Assembly: GCF_001194135.2 (NCBI RefSeq)
Contig: NC_068986.1
Coordinates: forward strand, 2,695,230-2,727,989
Origin: Octopus bimaculoides
Taxonomy: Eukaryota
Length of the DNA: 32,760 bases
Direction of reading: 5' to 3'
Every line of letters begins with the position of its first letter. The stretch's first letter is position 1. Below are positions 11,611-23,180 of the stretch, piece by piece. Under the pieces are notes generated by a model. The model saw only the letters and a program-made list of their open reading frames with translations, was not told where the DNA came from and searched no databases. The position numbers and the translations under genes were made by a program.

Positions 11611-12464
11611 AAACTATGTTGTTTCTTTCTGTCTGTTACATCCAGTTTGATCGTTTTTTTTCTTACCTATTTCTTAACATCCACTCTGGTTATAAGACAA
11701 ATCACTCTATCTTTCTTATATATTGTCATATAAAGATAGCTTACCTACTTTCTTCTCATTTTCCCATTTTCTTGCATTGTTGTAATGTAATTCTGTATTG
11801 TACAAGTTTGTCTAAATTTGATTGTTAATCTAGAAGTATAGCTTTGTTTTCTTCTTAATATAAGTTTAGAAATGGAATCTTTCTTTTTTTTTTTCTGTTC
11901 CTAAATATTCTATCACATACAAAAAAAAACCAAAAAAAAAACCCCAACAATAATGCAGTCACCTGGAATTGGTATAGTAATCATTGATACTGAGTACTGA
12001 AACTATTTCTTCAAATGATTGATTCTTACCATTTATTGTGTTTAATTATTTTCTATTTTATTGCCTCCATGTTTTTAGTGTAATACAGAAATATTTCAGA
12101 AAAGCACAAACACGTACACACATACACACTTCTATAATTTTTTTGTTTCTAATAGGCTTTGAATGAAAATATATATGTGTATATATATATATTATATACT
12201 GTGAATGCATATTATATAATGTAAGCTTTATATATATATGTATGTATATGATATTTCTGGTAATATTGTCTCTCCTCTCTAGCTGCCATTTATATACGTT
12301 CACTAGTTTTCTGAATATGGAATGTTCTAAGAAATTTTATTTATTAATTTTGTAAAGTTGTACACATGTAACATGTTTTCCTTTCTTTGTTTCCATTTTT
12401 TTTTAATATCAAAACTTTTGTGTTTCACTTTTTTTCTCTAGAACTTAAAACATTAACTGTCTGT

Positions 12465-12498
<34 letters not shown>

Positions 12499-13380
12499 TN
12501 NNNNNNNNNNNNNNNNNNNNNNNNNNNNNNNNNNNNNNNNNNNNNNNNNNNNNNNNNNNNNNNNNNNNNNNNNNNNNNNNNNNNNNNNNNNNNNNNNNNN
12601 NNNNNNNNNNNNNNNNNNNNNNNNNNNNNNNNNNNNNNNNNNNNNNNNNNNNNNNNNNNNTCTCTCTTCTCACTTCTTGTATTAGTTTTTTTTTTTTAGA
12701 CAATGTTTTTACCATGATGTAATAGCAATTTGTAATAAAACAGTTCTTTTAAAGTTGATCAGAGTTCTCTCTTTTCATTTATATATTTTTATTGTTTTTA
12801 ATCAAAAGCATGATCATTAACCCTTTAACTGTAAAATTAAGCTTCACAGTTATTCCAGTAATGATGTTAGATAACCTTGGCAGTCCGCCAGTTATGGTCA
12901 AGATAAACAATTTATGGCAATTTTACTATCTTAAGATATTGTTTATAGTGAGAGAGATTTGTATCATTGTCATTTAAATCAGGATATTGGTGGGTTTGTG
13001 AAGATTTCAGCAGTAAATTGCAAACAACAAAATGACAACCAGTTACTTGACACTCTCGTCGCTTTCACTTGAATGTTATCTCAGTGAAAGGTGAATTTTT
13101 CTCATGCTACTTACAGTGTGACTGACTTCCATTCTCGTTACAATGGAAGATATTTCAAGTTTCCTAGAAATATTTAAAACCATTTTCAGGTCTACATAAT
13201 GGAGCCTCTATGTGAACACTTGCCTTACTAGAAATAGCAATGAAACCTTTTTCCAATCACACCTATCTTTAAAAAAAAAAATTGTTTAATGTAGTCTCTG
13301 TAGTCTATGGTACAATATTCCAGACAAAAAAAAGACAGGGTGGTCATAATTAGAATGGTTTTAATCACAGATCTACTTGT

Positions 13381-13590
13381 TAAGGTGGCAAGCTGGTAGA
13401 ATCGTTAGCACAAAGGCTAAAATGCTCAACAGCATTTCATCCATCTTTGCAATTTGAGCTCAAATTCCGAGGTCAACTTTGCCTTTCATCTTTATAAATG
13501 AAATAAATACCATGTGAACACTGGGGTTGATGCAATCAACTTAGTCCCTCTTCACAAAATTGCCAGCCTTGTGCCAAAATTTTAAATCAC
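13381..13590 (+). mobile_element. SINE family A copy
   Basis: ggcaagctggtagaatcgttagca...gaggtcaactttgcctttcatc...gccagccttgtgcc. Confidence 0.78.
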
Positions 13591-13735
13591 TTTTAAATCT
13601 GTTCAATAAGAGCCAAACTGGGGTGAAACAATCTCGAATTATGACTAATCTCAAATTATGCAATAGAAGTGCAGCATACGCCTTAAGGGATTCTTTCTCT
13701 CTCTCTTTCTAGCCTTTGGTCGCACCTTTGGACCC

Positions 13736-14627
13736 TGTTGTGTCCACTACTCTGATTGGTTGGTATTGGCGCATTTTGTCTCCTGTTCTATTGCACGCCA
13801 ACATGCAACCCAACCAATCGCAACCTTCAGATAAGGTCTCGTGAGACAGTCTTTTCTGAACCCCAGTTTGAGCCGACAGCATGTTATAAAAGCCAGCTTT
13901 TCACCATCACAGTTTGTCAGTTTGGCTCTAGACCTTCTGAGGTCTAGCCACTGACCACAGAGCACACAGCCAGTTCCAGCAATGACACCACAGCAGCCAC
14001 ATGGAGACTCTTTGACACTTCATCCAGCAGCTTACAGCAAACTCCATCTTCATCGCCACCATCATCTTAACTAAACCAACTTCTCTACGTACACACCACC
14101 ATCAACGCTTGCACAGGTTCTATCTCCACACTGTTTGTGAAATGCTTCACCATGGTTAACAGTGAATACAACCTCCTGTAACAAGTAACCGGTAGCAACA
14201 TTGAAGCCACAACTCCTTACACGACATGTGCCTCAACTTCTTGATACAGCACCTCAACCACTGTGTACCTTGAATACAAACTTATTTATCATCCTTGTGT
14301 CTGGACATTCTTCTAACTTCATTATCGACTCTTTTCTATGCTCTGTATTCCTCGCACACGCATACATCCATGTTTGTATACACATATACTTGGTTTACAG
14401 GGCAGCCTGTCTATTATTATGTTTATATGTTGCACTCACACACACAGACATACACAAGTTGACATATCAATAAAATCTTCTCTTAAACCTTCTACCCCGG
14501 TTGCGTCTCTCTTTTCCTTCTGGCACTTAGCATTTATCCTCTTTTCATATTTTTTATTTGTATCGACCGTGCGATGTGCTAAAGGAGCCATTCCTCGTCA
14601 CCTCTCCTGATCACACGGTCCCTTACA
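13736..14627 (+). mobile_element. Possible solo LTR or other promoter-bearing repeat
   Basis: GC-elevated block starting TGTTGTG and ending ACA, with CCAAT boxes, TATAAAA (13885) and AATAAA (about 14469). No TSD found. Confidence 0.35.
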
Positions 14628-15699
14628 GAAGCATCTCTATTGTAAAAGCATTATCAATACAACTTACTGAACATATGTGTGTTGTTTAAATGCCAGAAGC
14701 TGTGTTTTTTTCTTTATCTTTTTGTCCCCCAAAAAATCCAATTAAAGATGTATAGTATTAAAAGATACAATTTACTTCAGAGCTGGGCAAAATGATATCA
14801 CAAGAGCAATCACTTCTGAGGTGATTTCTTTCTGCCAAGCCCTGAAGTATAGTGTGATTTTTAACACTAAATGTCTTTAAAGAGGCTTTTCCTGCATGGA
14901 AAACTGCAGCTTCTGGCGTTGAATCAACACATACATTGTGCTGTGAAGATAAAGTTTCATAAATATTTTCATACACATCCAAACAACACAGAGAGAAAGA
15001 AAGACAATCACTCAAATATGTATAAACACTACAGCTGTTTATTGATTAAGAAAAGTAGTTGTTATTTTGTTCAAAATATAAAATTGATTTCATTATATAA
15101 ATAAAAAAATTTTCAGTCACATTAGAAACTGTAAATAATTGATTAAAAATTTTCATGATTTGGACGGATTTAACAAATGATGAAATGAAAATAACATTCA
15201 TTATAGTTCTAGGAAGAGAACAGATTCTGAAAGTTTAAATCCAGTTGTAGCCTAGATATCAATATTACAGTTTAGTTCTATTGTAATTCTAAATTACAAA
15301 GCAACAATACAAGCTCCATCTTGCGTCAAAATGCAAATATTTCTTCTCTTAATCAGTAAAAATACCTTATTAATGTTATTAACTTTTGAAATTTATTGTT
15401 ATATCTGTCTATTGTTATTTATAGTGATACTACAAATAATTATGTGTAATAAGGAGAATCTATAAACATTTTCATTAATGGTTAGTTGCTTTAATTAATG
15501 CTAACTCTAATTATTTACTTCAACAGAGTTTACTGAATATGAAAAATAGAACAGATTTTATACCAAACTGACATTCCTTTGTTTAATTTAAGGTTTCGAG
15601 CTGCTAGCATGTCTCGTTTTATCCAATGCTACACAGAAATTGTAGCATTGCCCTAGTAGCTCTTCTAGAAGAACTGTATGCTATGCAATCCTCAGGCTT

Positions 15700-16615
15700 T
15701 CAGGCCACATCAAGTCAAACTGAATCATTCTGAAATGGGAAAGGGGTCGGCTAGGGCTGCATCGTTTTTCTCCACACTTTTTTAAAATGTACACTGAAAT
15801 GATCATGAAAATGGCAATCCCAACATTGTCATTAAAATAGGTGGGGAAACTATCAGGAAACTGAGATGTATGGATGACACAGCCCTGCTATCCACCACAA
15901 AAAGACTGGCAAGTTCTACTGAAAAATGTTGCAGAATTCTCAGCTGAATTTGGATTAGTGACAAACGTTAAGGAGACTGAAGTCATAGTAATAAATAAAT
16001 CTGCAATTTAAACTGATATCTCCATAGGAAACATGGAAATTAAACAGGTGTCTTCTTTCACATATCTTGGCACAGAGGTAAATGACACAAATGAATGCAG
16101 TAAGGAAATAAAGCAAAAGATAGCAATGCCATGCACAAGTGCTGCCAATTTCTGAAACATTTGGAAAGATAGATCTATGAATATTAACCTCAAGGTATGT
16201 CTCAAGAATGGCCAGCAGCTAGCTCTATATGGCAGTGAAGCATAGACCCTAAAAGCAGCTGATGAAAAGAAGTTGACAGCATTTGTGATGTAAACATACA
16301 GGTAGATCGTCAGAGAATCATATGTTGGAAGAAGATCTAAAAATTTCACTCAAGAAAAGCCTGACACAATGAATGAATCTGAAAACCTTTATCCAAAAGA
16401 AACTTTGTCATTTTGGACAGATCTGAAGAAGTGATGAACCAGTGGCACAGATGATGTTAGAAAGCGGGACAGAGGACAACCTGGATGAAGAGCATCAAGA
16501 AGGGAGCAGAGTCAATACTAGTAGTGCAAGAGGTTTGACTACTGATTGGTCACACAGAGTGGAAGAAAGTAGTTGCTGAGGCTCTGGCAGAATATGGTAC
16601 ATGATGACAATGATG
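15700..16615 (+). mobile_element. Old RTE (BovB-like) LINE, RT to C-terminus, decayed
   Basis: Reads IKIGGETIRKLRCMDDTALL (degenerate YADD), IKQVSSFTYLGTEVN...EIKQKIAM...IWKD...LYGSEA*TL...LTAF and a later RTTWMKSIK. It contains several stops and ends in a gatgacaatgatg tail. Confidence 0.8.
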
Positions 16616-17032
16616 TTAAATTTAAAAGTTATATTTTTAAATTGAGAGTATTGAGCAGTTAACTTGTCCCTCTTTATCTAATGCTACGTAAAAAATTTCG
16701 AGTTATATTTGTTTGAAAAGCTTCATGATATATTGTGATCTCAATTAGCTGTAAAAAACTGAGATAATTAACTTAAATATAATTATGACAACAAGAGGTG
16801 GCATAGGTTATAACAGAGCAAAATAATTAGATCTTAATGTGAATTCAATATAAAATTACAATACCAGTAGCCTATATCTTACCATCTTAGTATGCCACAA
16901 AAAAATATCTTTTTGAAGCCTCTACACACAATTTTAGCATATCATGCAGATTAAAATAGAGTTTTAAAATTAGTTATTTACATATGATAACTGATAATCT
17001 TCCCTACACACACACATATATATATATATATC

Positions 17033-17346
17033 TCAGTACTCTACACCAAACTTTTCAAATCCTCGTAATATAACACCAAGTTGAAGTGTGACTGTTCCAC
17101 GAGCAATGGTATGTAGCCGGTAGCGATCTGTAGCACAATAAACTAGATCAGGACGTCGGAGCTGGGCACTGCCACCAATAAAATACTGTGATATTTGTTC
17201 CCACAATGTTCCTGTTGGACTCCATGTTGGGCACTCAATAATATGCATCCCAGGAGAAGAAGGTACATGACAGAATCCATAACCATAGTGCTGGTTCCGA
17301 CCAAAGCTATCCTGGCACCAAACTTGCAGATAAATTTTGGGCCAAC
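17033..17346 (-). CDS. B9D2: B9D2 coding exon 3 (314 nt, to TGA)
   Basis: Acceptor ttttatatgaAG. Encodes GWPKIYLQVWCQDSFGRNQHYGYGFCHVPSSPG...DRYRLHT...FEKFGVEY*. The exons total 88+126+314=528 nt = 175 aa + stop, the same length as human B9D2 and, as I recall, the same coding-exon sizes. Confidence 0.95.
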
Positions 17347-17451
17347 CTTCATATAAAAATAGAGAAAAATACACAGAGTTAAGAGTTGTATTTAGTAAGA
17401 AATATTCTTATATTTAAACAGTTTCATATTAATATTCTTGCTAAACTGGCA

Positions 17452-17520
17452 GTACTTCCACTGACGGTGCTCCAGCAAGGCCACAGCCTTAGGGCTGAAA
17501 CGTATAAAAGAAAAATAAAA
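17452..17520 (+). mobile_element. Short 3'-end copy of the CR1-like element
   Basis: ggtgctccagcaaggccacagcc...gctgaaacgtataaaaga closely matches 30545-30590 (gtgccccagcatggccacagtc...gctgaaacatataaaaga). Confidence 0.6.
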
Positions 17521-17745
17521 CATAAGGCAGAGAGCTGGCACAGTTGTTACTGCACTGGATAAAATGCTTAGTGATATTTCTTCATGTTTGACATTCTGAG
17601 TTCAAATGTTACCAAGGTTGACTTTACCTTTCACCCTTTTGGACTCTATGAAATAAGTACCAATTGAGTACTGGGGTTGATGTAATTGACTTCCTCCTCC
17701 CCTAAAAAAAATTGCTGGCCTTGTGCCTAAATTCGAAATCATTAT
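17521..17745 (+). mobile_element. SINE family A copy
   Basis: ggcagagagctggcac...gagttcaaatg...aaggttgactttacctttcacc...gctggccttgtgcc. Confidence 0.78.
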
Positions 17746-17767
17746 TCTTGCTAAACACACCACACAA

Positions 17768-17985
17768 AGCTAGAATGGGCTGGTCATGTCGCAAGGTTCA
17801 TAGACAATTGGTGGACCCATGAGGGTTGTTAAGTGGTACCCACACAAGTGGAAAAGAACACTCAGAAAACCTCCAACCAGGTGGGAAGATGGTTTTAAAA
17901 AATGTTTGGAACAACATGGAGGAGAATGGCAAGAGCATGAGGGGAATGGAGCCAATGCTGGCCAATCCAGGTGATCCAGGTGATA
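17768..17985 (+). mobile_element. RTE-1-like LINE C-terminal fragment
   Basis: With frameshifts reads LEWAGHVARFIDNWWT..VVKWYPHKWKRTLRKPPTRWEDG, matching the RTE 'WAGHVAR..D.RWT...W.P...R..GRPP.RW' motif. Confidence 0.75.
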
Positions 17986-18936
17986 TATATATATACATGT
18001 ATATTACTCAAAGGAATTCCGACTTTGTCTGATTTTCACATTTTATTTACAATCTTATAATATAATATAAGATAATATACTATAATGAAATTATATTATC
18101 ATTTCAAGCTACTTACCACACAGCCACTCCTGCGCCTATGTATACACACACATATATATGTGTATATATATATTTACACACACACACACACATATATGTA
18201 TACAAACATATACAATGCATTTCCATGCAGTTTCTATCAACCAATTCTACTCACAAGGCACTGGTCAACCTAAGGCAATAAAAGACTAGAAGACATTTAC
18301 CCTAGATATTGTGCAATGGGATTGAACCCTAACCTACATGGTTGCTAAGAAAACTTCTTAACCAGACAGTCATACTTATGCCTATAATAACATCTGGCTT
18401 CTCCAAGATATTTTACATACCCACATAAAATTATGATGGAAGGTTTTAGCAAAAATATGAACAGACAGGTTTGTATCAAAAGGATTAATGAATATAATTT
18501 ATCTAGTATCTCTCTATGCTACTTATAAATCAAACTAGATTTATCACAAACAGGTGAGCTTGACAGGTAGCATACACACGTTAATGTTTTCATTATCAAT
18601 TTGGCATCTGGCACATAACTTAAGGAAAGGTTCTTACATAAAATTACAGTTGAAGGTTTTAACTTTCACATAAACACATAAACATTGGCAGTTTTATGTC
18701 ACAAAATCAGAGGTGGTCTTGGAGTGTATCAAAAGAATTAAGCTTATAAATCAATATGTGATTTAAAAATATCATATTAATTAGCAGTATACTAACTTTT
18801 AAATTAGACATTTGAATTACACACAAATAATTCTATACAGGTTGTCAACACCAACATATTTATCGCTGGTTAAATTTAGTCTAAAAACTAAATTCTGACT
18901 AAACTCAGATAATTCTGTAAATTATTAGATACTACA

Positions 18937-19175
18937 TCATCATGATCATCATCATCATCATCACTGCTGCTGCCACTGCCACCACCACCGCTGCACCGCC
19001 ATTATCACTACTTCCACCACCACCACCATCATTGCTTTAATGTGCACTTTTCCATGCTTGCATGGGTTAGACGGAACTTGTTGAGATGGATTTTCTAGAG
19101 CTGGATGCCTTTCCTGTAGCCAACCTCACCTGTTTCCTTGTCAGATAATATTTCCCCATGGCCAGGCATGTCTCA
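18937..19175 (-). mobile_element. Diverged RTE 3'-end copy (different subfamily)
   Basis: (CAT)/(CAC)-rich tail, then gctttaatgtgcacttttccatgcttgcatggg...ggatgcctttcctg. Confidence 0.6.
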
Positions 19176-19519
19176 GAAGACAGACAGCACATCTTCCTTG
19201 CTATCCTCCTGGTCAACGTCTTTTCCATTTTGTCTGCTGGTGCCATGAGAAATTAAGTTAAAGATTGCAACAGTTTGTAAATCTGAATATCTGTATACAA
19301 TGCAATTAGATGATTACTTCAATAAGTAGATCTGTAAGCTGTCTTTATGATCAGTAGGAATAATTTTTTTCCACTTCAAATATTTTTTGTCTTTTACTTG
19401 TTTTGGCTATTGTGCTAGTCTGTGTCAGAAGATTAGAGACGAAGGGCACTGGTTGTATGACTGTCACTCATGAAAAACTATCACACAATATCAAAGCAAG
19501 GAGACACTAACACACACAC

Positions 19520-19790
19520 ATCATCATCATCATCATCGTTTAACGTCCATTTTCCATGCTGGCATGCGATGGACAGTTTGACTGAGATCTGGAAAGCCAG
19601 CAGCTGCACTAGGCTCCAATATGATCTGGATGCCCTTCCTAACGCCAACCACTCCAAGAGTGTAATGGGTGCTTTTTACGTGCCACCGGTACAAGAGCCA
19701 GTCAGGCGGCCCTGGCATCGTTCACATTCGGATAGTGCTTTTTATGTGCCACCTGCACAGGAACCAGTCAGGAGGCATTGGCATCAGCCA
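19520..19790 (-). mobile_element. 5'-truncated RTE 3'-end copy
   Basis: Same family sequence as 4752-5095. Confidence 0.8.
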
Positions 19791-20176
19791 CATACATATA
19801 CATTTACATACACCCACACACATATACATGCACAAACACACAAAACAGGTTTCTTTCAGTTTCCATTAACCAAATTCACTCACAAGGCTTTGGCTGACCC
19901 AGGGTTATAGTTGAAGACTCATGCCTAAGGTACCATGCAGTGGAACTGAACCTGAGACCACGTATTTGGGAAGCAAACTTCTTACCACACAGCAATGCCA
20001 TGCCTATAAAACGCACTCATTTGTTACTAATTAAATACAATTAAAGAATATTAAATTAGGACTAAACTCAGATAATTCTATGGGATGCTAATTACAGCAT
20101 ATATATTTGTTGCCATTTGTATATAATTTAAAAAAAATTAAATCCAATAAAGTTATCAATAATAACAGGTTGTTAC

Positions 20177-20302
20177 CTTGTAAACCTTTTGTGGTAAAGT
20201 GGATGTCAAGTGGATAGGACCAATAGGCAGCTTCTTCATTTTGGCAATTATCCACTTGCGTTTGGCCTTCAGTTAATCCAGATAACACTTTCCAAGCATT
20301 GC
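20177..20302 (-). CDS. B9D2: B9D2 coding exon 2 (126 nt, phase 1-1)
   Basis: Acceptor tttactgtAG and donor G|GTAACA. Encodes [42 protein letters not shown], matching the B9D2 EGQTQVD...YWSHPIDLHF.TKGLQG motif. Confidence 0.95.
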
Positions 20303-20497
20303 CTACAGTAAATAAAAGACAAATTATTATTAAATCATTAGAATGATGCTAATATACATTACATAGAGAGCAAAAGGGAAAAAGAATTAATTAACATTAA
20401 CCCTGTACTGAAGAGACAAAAAAAAAAAGCTATTAGCACAGGTGTTAATTCTCAATTAGAAAGGCAGGGGAGACAACCCCCTAAAATAAAATTAAAG

Positions 20498-20571
20498 TCC
20501 TCAGTCAAATTGTCCAACCCATGCTAGCATGGAAAGCGGACGTTAAACGATGATGGTGATGATGATGATGA

Positions 20572-20572
<1 letters not shown>
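20498..20572 (+). mobile_element. Very short RTE 3'-end copy in plus orientation
   Basis: ctcagtcaaattgtccaacccatgctagcatggaaagcggacgttaaacgatgatg is the reverse complement of the family end. Confidence 0.8.
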
Positions 20573-20607
<35 letters not shown>

Positions 20608-20980
20608 GTGGAGGCCCAGTGGTTAGGGCAGCGGACTCGCAGTCATAGGATCGCGGCTTCGATTCCCAGACCGGGCGTTGTGAGTGTTTATTGAGTGAAG
20701 ACACCTAAAGCTCCACGAGGCTCCGGCAGGGGATGGTGTTGAACCCTGCTGTACTCTTTCACCACAACTTTCCCTCACTCTTACTTCCAGTTTCTGTTGT
20801 GCCTGTAATTCAAAGGGTCAGCCTTGTCACACTGTGTCACGCTGAATATCCCCGAGAACTACGTTAAGGGTACACGTGTCTGTGGAGTGCTCAGCCACTT
20901 GCACGTTAATATCACGAGCAGGCTGTTCCGTTGATCGGATCAACTGGAACCCTCGTCGCCGTAAGCGGCGGAGTGCCAAC
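20608..20980 (+). mobile_element. Young full-length tRNA-derived SINE family C (about 370 bp)
   Basis: Head gtggaggcccagtggttagggcagcggactcg with B-box-like ggcttcgattccc. It is GC- and CpG-rich and flanked by (TA)n on both sides. Confidence 0.75.
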
Positions 20981-21123
20981 AATATATATATATATATATA
21001 TATGTAATGTTTATACATACATATATATACACACACACAAACGTACTCATGCATGTATTTCTATATATATATATAAATATTCATGGATTTAAATTGAAAC
21101 TATTGAATGAAAGGGTACCTTAC

Positions 21124-21211
21124 CAGATTGTATTCCAAACTTACAGAACAACCTACTGCTAGGAAATCCATGTGCTCCACTGATTTGTCCAATAACATGT
21201 ACTTCAGCCAT
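21124..21211 (-). CDS. B9D2: B9 domain-containing protein 2, coding exon 1 (88 nt)
   Basis: Reverse strand reads [30 protein letters not shown], matching the B9D2 N-terminus (human [16 protein letters not shown]...). It ends at a G|GTAAGG donor. An acceptor (ttctttcAG, 21224-21223) lies 11 nt upstream of the ATG, implying an untranslated upstream exon. Confidence 0.95.
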
Positions 21212-21737
21212 TTGACCACAACCTGAAAGAACTGAACAGAAACGATTTTATAAAAAAACGTCGGGTAGCAATGTTGACAAAGAATAAAAGAAAATTATAG
21301 TAAGTTAAGATTTCTAAGAGCTGGGTCTATTAGAGACCTCCTCTTGCTTATCACCCTCAAGAACTTTAACACAGGAAAAGTTGATTATTTTTAACACAAA
21401 GGTTGTTTGTACTTTTTCTTTGGTTTGCTCTGGAAAAAGAGACTGTGCCCATGGCCTTTGCAGTCCTCCAAAACAAGTGTAGTCATCGGAAGAAGTTGAG
21501 CCTATAGAACAATAACCTTATGTAAACCCTTTAACTCATTAACAAATACACAGCTCAAACTATCACACATTTTACATATGTGTGTGTGTGTGTGTGGGGG
21601 GGGTCTATTAATCTTTTAACTTCTTATAGAAACCCGACATTCATGAAAGCTGAATGTTATACAACCCTTTTGATACCAACCCTTCTGAAACTGGCCTTGG
21701 TTCTGATACAAACTTCTAATTTTAACCCTTCAGCATT

Positions 21738-21980
21738 TCCATGATGAAACTCATATTCAAAAACAACACGAATTTTTGATCTATCCATGGGTTCACAAAA
21801 AATTGATTTACAAGAGAAAACTCACAATATAATCAGACACCGTGAATTGCATTTCAGAAAGTGATGATGTAACTCTTCAATGTTGTAAAACAAAGAATTG
21901 TCAGGATAAAACATTAGAGCTAACGACTGTCAAACTTGGTGCATCAGAAAATCTGACATGTCATTCTTAATGACCTGATA
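21738..21980 (-). mobile_element. Mariner 5' remnant (TIR and transposase N-terminus)
   Basis: Begins TA-TCAGG at 21980. The ATG at 21788 reads MDRSKIRVVFEYEFHHG, typical of mariner N-termini. It is cut off by a TTAA-MITE-type terminus at 21722-21737. Confidence 0.65.
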
Positions 21981-22520
21981 CTTCAGCAAAACACACACAC
22001 ACACACACACACACAGCAGGAATGCCTTTCAACATAGATCATTTTGATCAGGTTTAACTAAGAACTAAACAACACCAGCTGGCCCAGTTAGGCTGTTCTA
22101 TTTACAATGGCCTCTATTCTTTGCTGATAGTCAATTCCATACAACCTCCACCTAAATTCACTGGGTGCATTCGTCCCACTTTTCCTTTTATTGTTCTCAC
22201 AGATGGTGTACACAGTTTATTCAATTCTGGGACAGAAAAGAATTTATGTAAAAATTAAATAATGAGATGTCATCCATTAATATTTTTTTAATCAGGATGG
22301 ATGTCAGTGCCCGTGACCTTTCAAAGGGCTTCCAAGAATTGGTGGAAGAGGAAGAGAAAGAAGGTATCATCAAATTGGAAATCTGGTCCAAAAGCCTGCA
22401 ACAAGGTGGTGGCATTAAACCGGGTGACAGATTGAGTCTTCAACCCAGGTAGGCTTTGGCAGGGTCTGAACTTCAAACACAAAAATCCAGAACAAATATT
22501 CTTTTTTTCTCCTATAAATG

Positions 22521-22680
22521 CAGGCATGAGTGTGCGGTAAGATGCTTGCTTCCCAACCACATGGTTCTAGGTTCAGTCCTACTGCGTGGCACTTTGGGCA
22601 AGTGTCTTCTACTATAGCCCTGAGCTGACTAAAGCTTTGTGAATGGATTTAGTACATGGAAACTGAAAGAAGCCTGTCAT
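22521..22680 (+). mobile_element. tRNA-derived SINE family B (CORE-like middle); minus-strand copies at about 18215-18385, 19845-20005 and 27190-27320
   Basis: tgcggtaag (A-box-like), ggttcagtcc (B-box-like), then cactttgggcaagtgtctt (resembles the CORE 'ttgggcaagt'). It ends ggaaactgaaagaagcc before (TA)n, and reverse-complement copies are visible elsewhere. Confidence 0.7.
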
Positions 22681-22871
22681 ATATATGTGTATATGTATAT
22701 GTATATATATATAATATTAAGTATGTTATAGAAAGTATGGGCTATTTAAAAAGTGCTCATAAAGAGCCAATGCGAGATAATATAAAGTAGAGGAAAATGG
22801 AAATGCAAATCTTAAGCAGTCAACCAAATTCCTGAACGCATAAATGAAGATATTCAATCAATGCAATTGAA

Positions 22872-23180
22872 TCATCATCATCGTTTAACGTCCGTTTTCC
22901 ATGCTGGCATGGGTTGGACAGTATGACTGAGGGTTAGTGAGCCAGAGGCTGCACCAGGCTCGGTCTAATCTGGTAGTTTCCACAGCTGGATGCCCTTCCT
23001 AACGCCAACCACTCCAAGAGTGTAGGGGGTGCTTTTATGTGCCACTGGCACAAGGGCCAGTCAGGCGGTTCTGGCAACGACCATGCTCAAAAGGTGTTTT
23101 TTTACGTGCTACCTGCATGGTAGCCAGTCCAGCAGCACTGGCAACGACCACACTCGAATGTTGTTTTTCACATGCCACTG
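22872..23180 (-). mobile_element. 5'-truncated RTE 3'-end copy
   Basis: Same family sequence. Confidence 0.8.

Noticed and set aside
19470-19910. Longest ORF in the track (146 aa), and the recurrent DALPNANHSES peptide in 26100-26396 and 28399-28689
   Set aside because: Antisense read-through of the RTE 3' UTR; the recurrence reflects repeat copies, not a gene family.
20608-20680. tRNA gene
   Set aside because: The tRNA-like head continues into a 300-bp SINE body with no acceptor stem or terminator, so it is a SINE.
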